Origin: Methanobacteriota archaeon
Lineage (GTDB): Archaea > Thermoplasmatota > Thermoplasmata > SG8-5 > DAIRED01
Length of the DNA stretch: 64,000 nucleotides
Reading direction: 5' to 3'
Assembly (NCBI GenBank): GCA_043799545.1
Contig: JAZDNO010000006.1
Location: forward strand, 82,091-146,090
Positions 19,223 through 29,401 of this stretch are shown here, piece by piece. The notes beneath the pieces are model-generated. The model was not told where the DNA came from, made no database searches, and was given only the letters and a program-made list of their open reading frames with translations. Each line of letters opens with the position of its first letter. Within the stretch, counting starts at the first letter, position 1. The translations under genes and the position numbers were made by a program.

Positions 19223-20652
19223 GGAAGCCCTCCCGCTGCCCCCTTATTTGCTTTTTCCTCTTCAGGGTTGCGCTTCTCCGTTGGATGATCCTCCGTGGCA
19301 AGTCTCCCTCCTTGCTCGTGCAATGACACGGCATTCGCCGCGTCAAAGTCGGGGACGAGGGTCTCAACGTTGCGAACCGAGGGCATCAGGTAAAATATCG
19401 GGACGGCGAGCGTCGCCGCGAGCCCGCAGAAGAATATCATGAGGGCCATGCCAGCGCCGGGCCCGGAGCCGACAAGCCCTCCGAAAGTGGAAACGAGGGA
19501 GCCGCCCTCGGCCATCGACGGCTCGAAGTAGCCGTCTGCCAGCGGACCCGCCAATATCATCGCAATGGCCATCGACGCCTGCGCTATCAGTCGCCTTGCG
19601 GCGAAGACGCGCCCCTGCTTGTTCGGCGGGACCTTGGATTGCCAAATCGCCTGGCTGGAGCCGTTGCCTATCGGGAGGAACAGCATCGTCAGGAACCCGC
19701 CCGCAGTCCAGACGACGATCCCCCTTCCCAGGCCCAGAGTCAGGGTGATGCCCAGGCCCAGGAAGAAATCGGAAACCAGCAGACCGTAGATCCTCTTTTT
19801 CGGCCCGCCCCAGACCGCCAGCACTATCCCCCCGATGACCCCGCCCGCGCTCATGGCCGCCTGGACCGTCGCGAGGACGACGCCGTCGCTGGCGGTTCGT
19901 GCCAGAACCATCGGCGTCATCAGAATCATCACCGGCGCTGCAATCATGTTGATGACGAAGAACGACATCTGGAGAGACAGCAACGGCTTCCGTTCGCGGA
20001 TGAATTTGAAACCGTAGAGCGAGTCCTTTAAAACGCCCCTAACTCCCTTGCCGAGGTCAGCGGACTTCTCCGGCTGGGGGACCGTGACGGCAAGCAGCGT
20101 GCCGATTGCGAAGCAGAACGTCAGGATGTCGAAGACGAAGACTCCCGAGTAGCTGAACATCAATATGAACAGGACCGCGATTGGCGGGCCGAATATCCCC
20201 GAGGCGGACTCGGCGGCGGCCATCATCCCGCTCGTCCTGGCATAATGCTTCTTGTCCACGAGGGTCGACACGGCTGCCCCCCAAGCAGGCCACTGGAAAG
20301 CGGCAAAGGTCCCGATGAACGCGGCGAGGATGTAGAGATGCCATATCTGCAGGTTGCCGGTCCAATACAGCGCCAGGGTCGCCACGGTCCCCATCCCTGC
20401 AGTCAGGTCGCTCAGTATCATCGAGGTCTTGAGGTTCCAGCGGTCAACGAGCGCCCCCGCGACAGGGGTCATAATCATCATAGGGGCAAAGCTGCAGAAC
20501 ATCACCAGCGCGAGCGCCGTGGCCTGTCCGGTCATCTCCCACGCCCACAGGCTGAGGGCGAAGCCGGTCATGGTGCTTCCGAGCATGGAGACGAGCTGGC
20601 CGGACCAGATGATTGTGAACGCGGCCATGCCCTTCGGGCGCCTGGGAGCCAT
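19219..20652 (-). CDS. MFS-superfamily transporter
   Basis: 477 aa with 12 to 14 predicted TM helices in the MFS arrangement. Its stop overlaps the FtsZ-like start (ATGA). Confidence 0.6.
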   Translation of the reverse strand: MAPRRPKGMAAFTIIWSGQLVSMLGSTMTGFALSLWAWEMTGQATALALVMFCSFAPMMIMTPVAGALVDRWNLKTSMILSDLTAGMGTVATLALYWTGNLQIWHLYILAAFIGTFAAFQWPAWGAAVSTLVDKKHYARTSGMMAAAESASGIFGPPIAVLFILMFSYSGVFVFDILTFCFAIGTLLAVTVPQPEKSADLGKGVRGVLKDSLYGFKFIRERKPLLSLQMSFFVINMIAAPVMILMTPMVLARTASDGVVLATVQAAMSAGGVIGGIVLAVWGGPKKRIYGLLVSDFFLGLGITLTLGLGRGIVVWTAGGFLTMLFLPIGNGSSQAIWQSKVPPNKQGRVFAARRLIAQASMAIAMILAGPLADGYFEPSMAEGGSLVSTFGGLVGSGPGAGMALMIFFCGLAATLAVPIFYLMPSVRNVETLVPDFDAANAVSLHEQGGRLATEDHPTEKRNPEEEKANKGAAGGLP

Positions 20653-20730
20653 GCTCCAGTCATCGGGCTATGCGCATAATAACCTTGCCTTTCCAGTTTC
20701 GGACACCTGCAATGAACTGCTATAAAACCG

Positions 20731-21693
20731 GTGGCGGATGACGGTCCGATGCCCATTGAGTTTATCGAAGCAAAGTCGCTTGTGCGCGTGAACAAGCGCA
20801 GCGGCGACGTCAACCTCAATCCCTACCAGGGCTGCTTTCACGACTGCGCCTACTGTGACGGCAAGGCCGAGAGGTACAACATGCACGAGGATTTCGCAAC
20901 AAGACTCCGGGCGAAGGCGAACGCTCCAGAACTGCTTGAGAAGTTCCTGCGCGGCAAGGGATTCTCGCCGGTGAACAGGGAGAGGACTGGGACGCTGGCC
21001 GATTTCAGCGACGAAGCCAAAAAGGCACTGAGGGGCGCCTCCCCAAGAAAGTTCACAATCAACATCTCGGGCGGCGTGTGCGACATCTACCAGCCAGCCG
21101 AAGCCGAGATAGGCCTGTCGCGGAGGCTCATGCAGCTCGTGTACGATTACGACTTCCCGATATTCCTGCTCACGAAGAACAAGCTGGTCCTGAAGGATTT
21201 GGACCTGCTGCGCAAGATAAACGTGAGCCAGGGCGCGACAGTGGCCATGTCTGTGACGCTCGCCGACGAGAGTTTGCGGGAGAAGTTCGAGCCTGGCGCC
21301 AGCACCACCCAGGAACGGTTCGAGACGCTGCGCACGCTCCATGAATCAGGTATCAAAACCGGTATCTGGGCGCTCCCACTTCTTCCGTGGATTGGGGACA
21401 CGGACGTAAACGTAGATGCAATCATCTCGTGCGCGAAAGAATCGGGCGTCGACTGGATGATATTCAGCGGCCTCACTCTCAAGCCAGGAAGGCAAAAGGA
21501 GGCCTTCATGCGGCTCATCGCGAAGGATTTTCCGGGACTCGAGGAGAAGTACCGTCGACTCTACGCCAACGAGAGCAAGTACGGAACGCCTGACCTCGAA
21601 GCGGCGAGGGCGATGGGCCTGCCCGACCCTTGGCTCAAAGGAAAGCGGATGGCAAAGAAATACGGCATCGCCTACAAAAGCTGGCGCGATTGA
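20731..21693 (+). CDS. Radical SAM protein, spore-photoproduct-lyase-like (COG1533-type)
   Basis: CFHDCAYCDG (CxxxCxxC-like cluster motif in the SPL family arrangement) and a TIM-barrel-like C-terminal region. Confidence 0.6.
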   Translation: MADDGPMPIEFIEAKSLVRVNKRSGDVNLNPYQGCFHDCAYCDGKAERYNMHEDFATRLRAKANAPELLEKFLRGKGFSPVNRERTGTLADFSDEAKKALRGASPRKFTINISGGVCDIYQPAEAEIGLSRRLMQLVYDYDFPIFLLTKNKLVLKDLDLLRKINVSQGATVAMSVTLADESLREKFEPGASTTQERFETLRTLHESGIKTGIWALPLLPWIGDTDVNVDAIISCAKESGVDWMIFSGLTLKPGRQKEAFMRLIAKDFPGLEEKYRRLYANESKYGTPDLEAARAMGLPDPWLKGKRMAKKYGIAYKSWRD

Positions 21694-21781
21694 AATACTT
21701 TCACTGGAGAATCAAGAGATTCTCAAAGCGAAACGAATGGTAACGGTATGTGCCACAGTTTCGCCCGACTCCCCTAAACCC

Positions 21782-21789
21782 TTAAGTAT
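21782..21789 (+). promoter_or_regulatory. Candidate TATA box for the nurA-herA-mre11-rad50 operon (leaderless)
   Basis: ttaagtat 22 to 29 nt upstream of the nurA ATG at 21811, in a 117-nt intergenic region. Confidence 0.3.
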
Positions 21790-21810
21790 CGCGCGTCCGA
21801 TTAGTCCGCA

Positions 21811-22836
21811 ATGCGTTCTGTGAGCGGGGACGAGCTCGAGGCGGTCGCCAGGTACGTGGCCAAGGCATCCACCGAGAATTTCGAAGGGGCCGGAGGCTCG
21901 GACGCCGAGGGGGGCATCCTCCAGGTGAAAGGGCCGATACTCCCGGAGCGATTCATTCCGATAAATGGCCCCCGCCCGTGCGAGCGCTCGGCGGCTATAG
22001 ACGGCGGTTCGGCGACGGTGCTGGATTGCGGCTCGTTCGTCGTCGGGGCAATCTCGGCCGGGCATGCGATTTCCGACGCTCACGGAGCCTGCCGGACCGA
22101 TTCGCATATCCGGCTCATTGGCGCTTCGCATGCGGACAAGAAATCGATATACCGTGAAATTTTCTCGAAAGCCATGGGAGCCGAGCCGACGGACTACCCC
22201 AAGAGCCTGGACTCGCTCGTCGGCCGCTTGCGCAACATCGCAGAGCTGGAGGAGGCCGCCAAGGTCGTTTCAGGGGCGCCGGAGGGCTCGCTCGTGATGA
22301 TTGACGGTGCGCTCTGGGCCGGCCTCGGGGACTTCGCCCCGCTGATAGAGAAGCTGGTAAAATCCGCGAGCCAGCGGAGCGTATGCCTCGCCGGCGTGAG
22401 CAAGCGAAGCATGCTCTACTTCGGATACCGCCCGCTCGTTCCATATCTCGCGCGGCTGGGGAAAAAAACGCTCGGCGACTCGCTCTGGGCGTATCCAGTC
22501 GCCTTGGCCGAGTACGAGGGCAGGACCTTCGGCGCGACGTACGTGGCGCATCTGCACCCGATGGCCCAGTTCGCCTTCAGGGTCGATGTGAACCCGATGC
22601 CTGGGTTTGCTGCGGACGAGACAATAGCAATGCTCGCAGGGCTTTCTGACGACCCGGGATATGTCGGTTACCCGTACCCCCTGGCTCGGGTGCACAACGA
22701 GGTCGCGATAGGCGAAGAGACGAGACGGGAACTGCAGATGGGACTGAAAAGGACATTGACGTCCTCGGGCGGCGACGCAGCGCTGATTGAGGAGTTCTCG
22801 CGCAACTTTCATGATATTCTTGACGGAGGGATTTGA
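21811..22836 (+). CDS. nurA: NurA 5'-3' nuclease
   Basis: The NurA-domain DGS motif (AIDGGSATVLD) is present. The gene sits immediately upstream of herA-mre11-rad50, a syntenic group known to be conserved in archaea. Confidence 0.7.
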   Translation: MRSVSGDELEAVARYVAKASTENFEGAGGSDAEGGILQVKGPILPERFIPINGPRPCERSAAIDGGSATVLDCGSFVVGAISAGHAISDAHGACRTDSHIRLIGASHADKKSIYREIFSKAMGAEPTDYPKSLDSLVGRLRNIAELEEAAKVVSGAPEGSLVMIDGALWAGLGDFAPLIEKLVKSASQRSVCLAGVSKRSMLYFGYRPLVPYLARLGKKTLGDSLWAYPVALAEYEGRTFGATYVAHLHPMAQFAFRVDVNPMPGFAADETIAMLAGLSDDPGYVGYPYPLARVHNEVAIGEETRRELQMGLKRTLTSSGGDAALIEEFSRNFHDILDGGI

Positions 22837-24378
22837 TTGGAGTATATCGGTCGTGTTGTGGGGCGGTGCGTTCGGGAAATAAGGTTCAGGGCCGTATACG
22901 GGGAGGACTTCCAGCTCGGCGAAATTCTCGTTGTCGGGGACGAGGAGAGGAAGCGGAGCCTTCTCGCCCGCGTCATCGACATAGAGTACGGCGCCGACGC
23001 CTCTGGCGACGGCTGGTCCGAGCAGGTCGCGGGGAACATGATGCAGGGCGACTCGAAGGGCGGGTACGAGCTGCGAGAGAAGGAGCGCAGGCTCTTCTCG
23101 ACCGGAGTTTGCACCCCGCTGGGCTTCGTGGCGGACGGCAAGTTCAGAAAGCCCAAGTCGCTCGTCCCGCACTTCTCCAAGGTCAGGCGCGCGTCGCAAA
23201 GCGACTTCCAGTTCCTCAGTCAGGAAATGGGCGACGTCGAGGTCGGCGTCCTGAGGAGCGGGGAGCGCAAGCTAGACATCCGCGTGGGCGTCGACGGCTC
23301 GAAATTCCCCAGCCACGTTGGAGTCTTCGCAACGACTGGCATGGGCAAGAGCAACCTCATGAAGACCCTCGTGGCGAGCGTCATGCGCGGGCGGCGCTAC
23401 GGGATGCTCGTCCTGGACCCTCATGGGGAATACTTCGCGGGCCAGCCGGAGTACAGGGGGCTGAGCCACCTGGCGGACGCGGCCGAGCGGCTCGTGGTTT
23501 TCTCAGGAAGGAAGCTGCCCGGGGCGCACAACACAATCGCCGTTTCCTCCAGAGAAATCAACATCCAGGACCTCCTGAACCTCCAGGAGTACAGCGACGC
23601 CCAGCGGGAAGCCCTGCACGCCCTGCGGGGCGAGCTCGGGGAGAACTGGCTCATGGATGCGCACGAGGCAGACGCATCTGACCTGGAAACGCGCCTGAGG
23701 CGCCGCTTCCACATAGATACGATTAACGTCATCAAGCGCAGGATCGAACGGGTGATGTCGAGCGGCAAAATCACAACCGACAGGGGCATCTCCATGACCC
23801 GCACGGTAATAGGGGCCCTGAAAGATGCGAAGGTCGTCCTGGTCGATACCAGCAGCATGCCGGAAATGGAGGAGCTGCTCGTGAGCACAGTCATTGCGCG
23901 GGCAGTGCTCGAGCATTACCAGCACCTCTACGAAACGCCCGAGGAATTCGCCGCGCTGCCCCCGGTCCTCATAACGTTGGAGGAGGCTCAGCGTGTGCTG
24001 GACAAGTCTCGCGGCACAGTCTTCTCGCGCATAGCCCGCGAGGGGCGAAAATTCAAGGTCGGATTATGCGCCGTTTCGCAGCAGCCCAAGCTGATAGACA
24101 ACCAGGTCATCTCGCAGTTCAACACGCTGTTCGTCATGGGTCTGGCGGACAAGCGCGACCGGGAGATTCTGCGCGACGCGTCGAAGCAGGACATCGCCGA
24201 CCTGGACAACGAGATACAGACGTTGATGGTCGGCGAGGCGCTCGTCACCTCGCCTTTCGTTCCTTTCGCCTTGCCCGCGGCCGTTCACTGTTTTGAAGAA
24301 TACCTGACAGCTCTGAACGGACAGAAGGAGAAAGACGGAAAGAGGGCGCGGGCGAAGCCCGACAAGGGGTTCTACTGA
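22837..24378 (+). CDS. herA: HerA bipolar DNA helicase (FtsK/HerA-superfamily ATPase)
   Basis: Walker A GMGKSN, Walker B VLVDT, and the HerA barrel N-terminus. Start is 1 nt after the nurA stop. Confidence 0.85.
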   Translation: MEYIGRVVGRCVREIRFRAVYGEDFQLGEILVVGDEERKRSLLARVIDIEYGADASGDGWSEQVAGNMMQGDSKGGYELREKERRLFSTGVCTPLGFVADGKFRKPKSLVPHFSKVRRASQSDFQFLSQEMGDVEVGVLRSGERKLDIRVGVDGSKFPSHVGVFATTGMGKSNLMKTLVASVMRGRRYGMLVLDPHGEYFAGQPEYRGLSHLADAAERLVVFSGRKLPGAHNTIAVSSREINIQDLLNLQEYSDAQREALHALRGELGENWLMDAHEADASDLETRLRRRFHIDTINVIKRRIERVMSSGKITTDRGISMTRTVIGALKDAKVVLVDTSSMPEMEELLVSTVIARAVLEHYQHLYETPEEFAALPPVLITLEEAQRVLDKSRGTVFSRIAREGRKFKVGLCAVSQQPKLIDNQVISQFNTLFVMGLADKRDREILRDASKQDIADLDNEIQTLMVGEALVTSPFVPFALPAAVHCFEEYLTALNGQKEKDGKRARAKPDKGFY

Positions 24379-25499
24379 TGCGATTCGTTCACATCTCTGA
24401 TACCCACCTGGGGCACACGGCATACACCAAGCTGGATGAGAACGGTTACAACCAGCGCGAGGCCGACGTTTTCGACGCGTTCAAGCAGGGGGTGGACAAA
24501 GCGCTGGCCCTGAAGGTCGACGCCGTGCTACACACGGGCGACCTGTTCGATTCCATCAGGCCGTCCAACAGGGCGATGCACTTCGCCCTGGAGCAGATTC
24601 TGCGCCTCTCGGAGGCGGAGGTGCCGTTCGTGGCAATCGCCGGCAACCACTCGTCGCCGCGGCTGCGCGAAACGGGGAGCGTCTTCAGGCTCTTCGAGCA
24701 CTTGAAAGGCGTCCGCGTAGTCTATGCCGGGGCGTACGAGCAAGTGGACGTCGGGGACGTCGCCGTCCACTGCGTGCCCCACTGCGCCACCCAGGACGCT
24801 TTCGCAGAGGAAGTCCGCAAGGTGTCGCCCTTGCCTGGAAAAACCAACGTGGCCATGCTGCACTGCGGCGTCAGCGGCGTCGAGCGCTTCGCGATGGGGG
24901 AGTTCAACGAGAACCTGCTGCCGAGCGGGCAGCTGTGGCCAGAGATGGAATACATCGCGCTGGGTCATTTCCACGACAGGACAATAGTCGCCGCGAACGC
25001 GGCTTACGCCGGCTCGACCGAGCGGATGAGCTTCAACGAGGCGGGGAAGGAAAAAGGGGTCGTTGAGGTGAGCGTTCCGAGGATGTCCATGGAGTTCCAC
25101 GGACTGAAAATCAGGGAGATGGTAGACTTTGGCAAACTGGATTGCGCCGGTCTGACGAACGCCGACATCATCCGGACAGTCGAAGGGCGGCTTCTTTCCT
25201 CAAAGGCGGATGGCAAAATCATGCGCATCAGGCTGACGGGCATCCCGCGCAGCCAGGTCGACGGCCTCGACCAAAAACGCCTAAGGAGCGCGGTGAGCGG
25301 GGCGCTCCACTTCGAGCTCAGAATCGAGACGCTGGAGGAGTGCGCCGGTGCGCAGGGCACGCAGGCTGCAATCGGTGATTTGCGCAACGAGTTCGAGGCG
25401 TTCGTATCGGGGACGCCGGTAGAGCGCTTGGACAAGGCCGAGCTCCTGAAGCTCGGGCGGGGATACATCGACGGAGCCATGAACGAAGCGGGGGGCTAG
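24378..25499 (+). CDS. mre11: Mre11 DNA double-strand break repair nuclease
   Basis: Calcineurin-like phosphoesterase motifs (MRFVHISDTHLGH, GDLFD, GNHS, HCGV, LGHFH). Overlaps the herA stop by 1 nt. Confidence 0.85.
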   Translation: MRFVHISDTHLGHTAYTKLDENGYNQREADVFDAFKQGVDKALALKVDAVLHTGDLFDSIRPSNRAMHFALEQILRLSEAEVPFVAIAGNHSSPRLRETGSVFRLFEHLKGVRVVYAGAYEQVDVGDVAVHCVPHCATQDAFAEEVRKVSPLPGKTNVAMLHCGVSGVERFAMGEFNENLLPSGQLWPEMEYIALGHFHDRTIVAANAAYAGSTERMSFNEAGKEKGVVEVSVPRMSMEFHGLKIREMVDFGKLDCAGLTNADIIRTVEGRLLSSKADGKIMRIRLTGIPRSQVDGLDQKRLRSAVSGALHFELRIETLEECAGAQGTQAAIGDLRNEFEAFVSGTPVERLDKAELLKLGRGYIDGAMNEAGG

Positions 25500-25500
25500 A

Positions 25501-27921
25501 TTGATAGTCCGGGCAATCTCGCTGCGCAACTACCGCCGCTTCAGGCGCTTGGATTTGGAGCTGCCGGAAGGGGTCATAGCCATCGTCGGCCCGAACGGTT
25601 CGGGAAAGACGACTCTCGTGGAGGCCGTGGCGTGGGCGCTCTTCGGAAACGAGAGCGAGATAACCCGGGGGGACAAGAAGAGCATCATCCACCAGGGCTC
25701 CGGCAAGGGAGAAAAATGCGAGGCGACGGTCGAGTTCGAGATAGACTCGCGGCTTTATCTTGTGCGGAGGCAGATGAGCGCTTCCGGTGCCGCCACGGCC
25801 TCCCTGGAAACCGCCGGAAAATCGCTCGCCGAGGGGGCGCTGCCAGTCACCGCCCACGTTGCGAAGCTCCTGGGCATGGACTATCAGGCATTCTTCGCAT
25901 CGATTTTTGCCAGGCAGAAGGAGCTGAACGCCCTCTCGAAGCAGACGCAGGGGGAGCGCAGGGCGACCGTGATGCGCCTGCTGGGAGTTGTAGCCTTGGA
26001 CCAGGCCACGGCAAGCGCGAGGAAGGACCTGAGCCTCGCGAAGGAGAACGTCACATTCCAGCAGAGGCAGCTCGCCGATTCGGGCACGGGCAAACCTGCA
26101 ATTGATATTTGGAGAGGCGAGGCAGAGAGATGCTCCTCGGAACTCACATCCTGGAAGGCGGAGATTGAAAAGGGAGCGGAGGGCCTTGTGGCGGCCCGCG
26201 AGTCTGTCCTCAGGGCCGAGGCGCGTTTGACAAAGTCCAAGGAGAGGAAGGCGAAGCACGATAAACTCCGCGAGATACACATCGCAATCCAGAAAGACGC
26301 GGACGAGGCGTCGCGCAACGTGAAGCGCATCGAAGCGGAACTTGCGGATATTGCGCGAGAAGAGGAGATGCTGGCAAGCCTTGGGCCTCGGGAGCTGCGG
26401 TTTTCGGAAGCCAGGGAGGAGTTCGAGGAGCTGGCCAAGCTTGAGATAGCGCACGCCGAGCGCGCTGGTCTGTCGGAGCGCTTGGAGGCGCTCAAAGCGG
26501 ACCTCGAAGGGAAGTCCGCCTCCTTGAAAGGTCTGGCCAAGGAGCTGAAGAAACTGGAGGCGCTGGAAAAGGAAGCCGGCGAGCTCGACAATAAGCTGGC
26601 CAAGCTCTCAGAAGAGCGAGCGGCGCTCATTGGCAAGACCGCGTCCGAGGGGGAAAAACTGCGCGCGCTTGAGAAATCCCTTTCGGAGCTCGAGAAGAGA
26701 AAATGCGACATCTCATCCCTCGGAGCCGAAGGCAAGTGCCCGACCTGCGAGCGCCCGCTGGGGACGCACCACAAGGCCCTCATGGGCAAGACCGGGGCCG
26801 AGCTCGAGGCAAAGGAGAGGGAAGCCAAAGGCGCAATCCAAATGCTCGAATCCCTCGGCGAAGAGTCCGCCTCCCTGGAAGCGCAAATGCTCGCCCTGGA
26901 ACGACGCAAAGCGACTTTGGGGAAATCGTTGGATTCGCTCAAGAGAAAAACCGGGGAAGCGAAAGCCCTGGAATCGGAAGTCGCCGCCTTGGCGCGCTCC
27001 GCCGATGCGGCGGGCAAGAAGCTGGCAAAGCTGGATAAAATACCATTCGACGAGAAGGGATTCGCCACCCTGAAGGCGGAGCTGAGGAAGCTCGAGAAGG
27101 CGCACGAGAAATACGTCTCTCTCTCCAAGGCCGCGGAGGCCAGGCCGAAGAAGGAGAGCGCGCTAGAGGCGGCGAAGGCGTCGATGGAGAAGGCGAGTGC
27201 CGGACTTTCATCCCTGGCGAAAGAGCAGCTCTCGCTGGATTTCGATCCGGCGGTGCATTCCTCGATCGAGGCGGAGGAGCGCAAATCCCGGGATGAGGCG
27301 CACCGCCTGGCCATCGGCCTGGAGAAGGCGCGGGGCGACATGGCCGTGGCGATGGAAAAGCTGGGAAGGGCAAAGGCCGAGATATCCCGCCTGGAGGGGG
27401 TCGAGCGCGAAATAGCGGAGCTGGACAGGCGGAGGGAGTACCTCTCGCGGACTGTCGAACTGCTGGACTCGTTCAAGAGGCATGTCGTGGCGCGCATCCG
27501 GCCCGTGCTAACGGCAACGACGTCGGAGCTGCTGGACAAGCTCAGCTCCGGCAGGTACTCGCAGGTGGAGATAGACGAGGATTACGGAATCAGGGTTCTC
27601 GACGACGGCCAGGCGTTCGGGCTCGAGCGGTTCTCGGGAGGAGAGGAGGACATGGTGAACCTCTGCCTGCGCCTGGCCATCTCGCAGCTCATAGCCGAGC
27701 GCGGCGGCGCCGGGGGCCTCAACATGGTAGTGCTCGACGAGATATTCGGGAGCCAGGACCCTGGGCGCAGAAGGAGCATATTGCTGGCGCTGAACGGGCT
27801 CTCGGGCATTTTCAGGCAAATCCTTCTGATAACTCATATAGAGGACATGCGAGAGAGCGTCAGCGCGGTAGTCCAGGTGGGCGTCGGCGAGGGCGGGGCG
27901 AGCAAGGCCGAATTGGCGTGA
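25501..27921 (+). CDS. rad50: Rad50 SMC-like ATPase
   Basis: N-terminal Walker A GPNGSGKTT, long coiled coil, CPTC zinc hook at mid-length, and a C-terminal signature and Walker B (VVLDEIFGSQD). Confidence 0.85.
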   Translation: MIVRAISLRNYRRFRRLDLELPEGVIAIVGPNGSGKTTLVEAVAWALFGNESEITRGDKKSIIHQGSGKGEKCEATVEFEIDSRLYLVRRQMSASGAATASLETAGKSLAEGALPVTAHVAKLLGMDYQAFFASIFARQKELNALSKQTQGERRATVMRLLGVVALDQATASARKDLSLAKENVTFQQRQLADSGTGKPAIDIWRGEAERCSSELTSWKAEIEKGAEGLVAARESVLRAEARLTKSKERKAKHDKLREIHIAIQKDADEASRNVKRIEAELADIAREEEMLASLGPRELRFSEAREEFEELAKLEIAHAERAGLSERLEALKADLEGKSASLKGLAKELKKLEALEKEAGELDNKLAKLSEERAALIGKTASEGEKLRALEKSLSELEKRKCDISSLGAEGKCPTCERPLGTHHKALMGKTGAELEAKEREAKGAIQMLESLGEESASLEAQMLALERRKATLGKSLDSLKRKTGEAKALESEVAALARSADAAGKKLAKLDKIPFDEKGFATLKAELRKLEKAHEKYVSLSKAAEARPKKESALEAAKASMEKASAGLSSLAKEQLSLDFDPAVHSSIEAEERKSRDEAHRLAIGLEKARGDMAVAMEKLGRAKAEISRLEGVEREIAELDRRREYLSRTVELLDSFKRHVVARIRPVLTATTSELLDKLSSGRYSQVEIDEDYGIRVLDDGQAFGLERFSGGEEDMVNLCLRLAISQLIAERGGAGGLNMVVLDEIFGSQDPGRRRSILLALNGLSGIFRQILLITHIEDMRESVSAVVQVGVGEGGASKAELA

Positions 27922-28118
27922 TGGCCTACAATCGAAATGGATGTCTCAACCTGCTGTGACAACCAAGTTCAAAAGACTGCCGCGCGATGACACACCCTTA
28001 TACCCAAGTGTGCCGATTCAATCCCGAGCCACATGAGCCGCACAACCGCGCTATGCCGGGGCCTCCGCCCTTTCGCAACGAATATAACAGAGAAGGGCAA
28101 TCGCGAGGGCGTGATACG

Positions 28119-29393
28119 ATGACCGAGACGTCCGCCCTTGAGGGGTTTTACAAGAAAAGCGTCGAGGAGCGCCTGAGACTCATTGCGGAATCGGGCGGCC
28201 TTACCGAGGAAGAGGCGAAGCTGCTGGGGCAGTTCGGGGCGCTCGGCCCGGCTCTGGCCAATCGCATGATAGAGAACGTCGTCGGCGTGATGCCGGTGAC
28301 CCTGGGCTACGCGACCAATTTCCTCGTCAACGGCAGGGAGGTGCTCATCCCCATGGCGACGGAGGAGCCTTCCGTCGTCGCCGCGGCGTCGAACGCCGCC
28401 AAGATGGCAAGACCGAGCGGGGGGTTCGAAGCCAGCGCGACCGCTCCCGTCATGATAGGCCAGATACAGCTAACGGGCGTAGTCGACCCCCAATCGGCGC
28501 GGTTCGCCGTGCTGGCCAACAAAGATAAAATCATAGAGATGTCAAACGCGATGGACCCGATGCTGGTCAAGTTCGGGGGCGGAGCGAGGGACGTGGAGGC
28601 GAGGGTCCTGGACAGCCCCGTTGGCAAGCTGCTGGTCGTGCACCTCCTGGTCGATGCGCGCGACGCCATGGGCGCGAACGCGGTGAACACGATGGCCGAA
28701 GCTGTCGCCCCTTACATTGAGGAGATAACCGGCGGGAAGGTCTACCTGCGCATCCTATCAAATCTGGCGATTCACCGCCTGGCGAGGGCTCGCGCGGTCT
28801 GGAAGAAGGATTTGATTGGGGGGCCAGATGTCGTGGACGGCGTGATAAAGGCATGGGCATTCGCCGCGGCAGACCCGTTCAGGGCCGCGACGCATAACAA
28901 AGGGATAATGAACGGCATTGACGCGGTTGTGCTGGCCACAGGAAACGATTACAGGGCCATAGAGGCTGGAGCGCACGCCTACGCCGCCTGGTCCCACAAC
29001 GGGCACTACGGCCCCCTGACGAAATACGAGAAGAACAGCGACGGCGACCTGGTCGGCACGATTGAGCTGCCGATGGCCGTTGGGCTGATAGGCGGCGCGA
29101 CCGCAGTCCACCCCATAGCGAAAATCAACGTCAAAGTGCTCGGCGTGAAAACGGCGTCGGAGCTGGCGCAGATAATCGCATCTGTCGGGCTTGCGCAGAA
29201 TTTCGCCGCGCTCCGGGCGCTGTCCACGGAGGGGATACAGCGGGGCCACATGTCGTTGCACGCGCGAAACGTGGCGGCGATGGCTGGGGCGACCGGTGAC
29301 GAGGTGGAAAAGGTCGTTGACATCCTCGTCAAGGAGAAGAAGGTAAGGATAGACCGAGCGAAGGAAGTCCTCGACCGGATGAGGAAGAAATGA
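28119..29393 (+). CDS. hmgA: Hydroxymethylglutaryl-CoA reductase, class I (archaeal mevalonate pathway)
   Basis: Motifs EEPSVVAAASN, DAMGANAVNTM and GTIELPMAVG of class-I HMGR. Start placed at the ATG at 28119 (MTETSALEGF), not at the tracked start of 27987. Confidence 0.85.
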   Translation: MTETSALEGFYKKSVEERLRLIAESGGLTEEEAKLLGQFGALGPALANRMIENVVGVMPVTLGYATNFLVNGREVLIPMATEEPSVVAAASNAAKMARPSGGFEASATAPVMIGQIQLTGVVDPQSARFAVLANKDKIIEMSNAMDPMLVKFGGGARDVEARVLDSPVGKLLVVHLLVDARDAMGANAVNTMAEAVAPYIEEITGGKVYLRILSNLAIHRLARARAVWKKDLIGGPDVVDGVIKAWAFAAADPFRAATHNKGIMNGIDAVVLATGNDYRAIEAGAHAYAAWSHNGHYGPLTKYEKNSDGDLVGTIELPMAVGLIGGATAVHPIAKINVKVLGVKTASELAQIIASVGLAQNFAALRALSTEGIQRGHMSLHARNVAAMAGATGDEVEKVVDILVKEKKVRIDRAKEVLDRMRKK

Positions 29394-29401
29394 GGTGAAC
29401 G

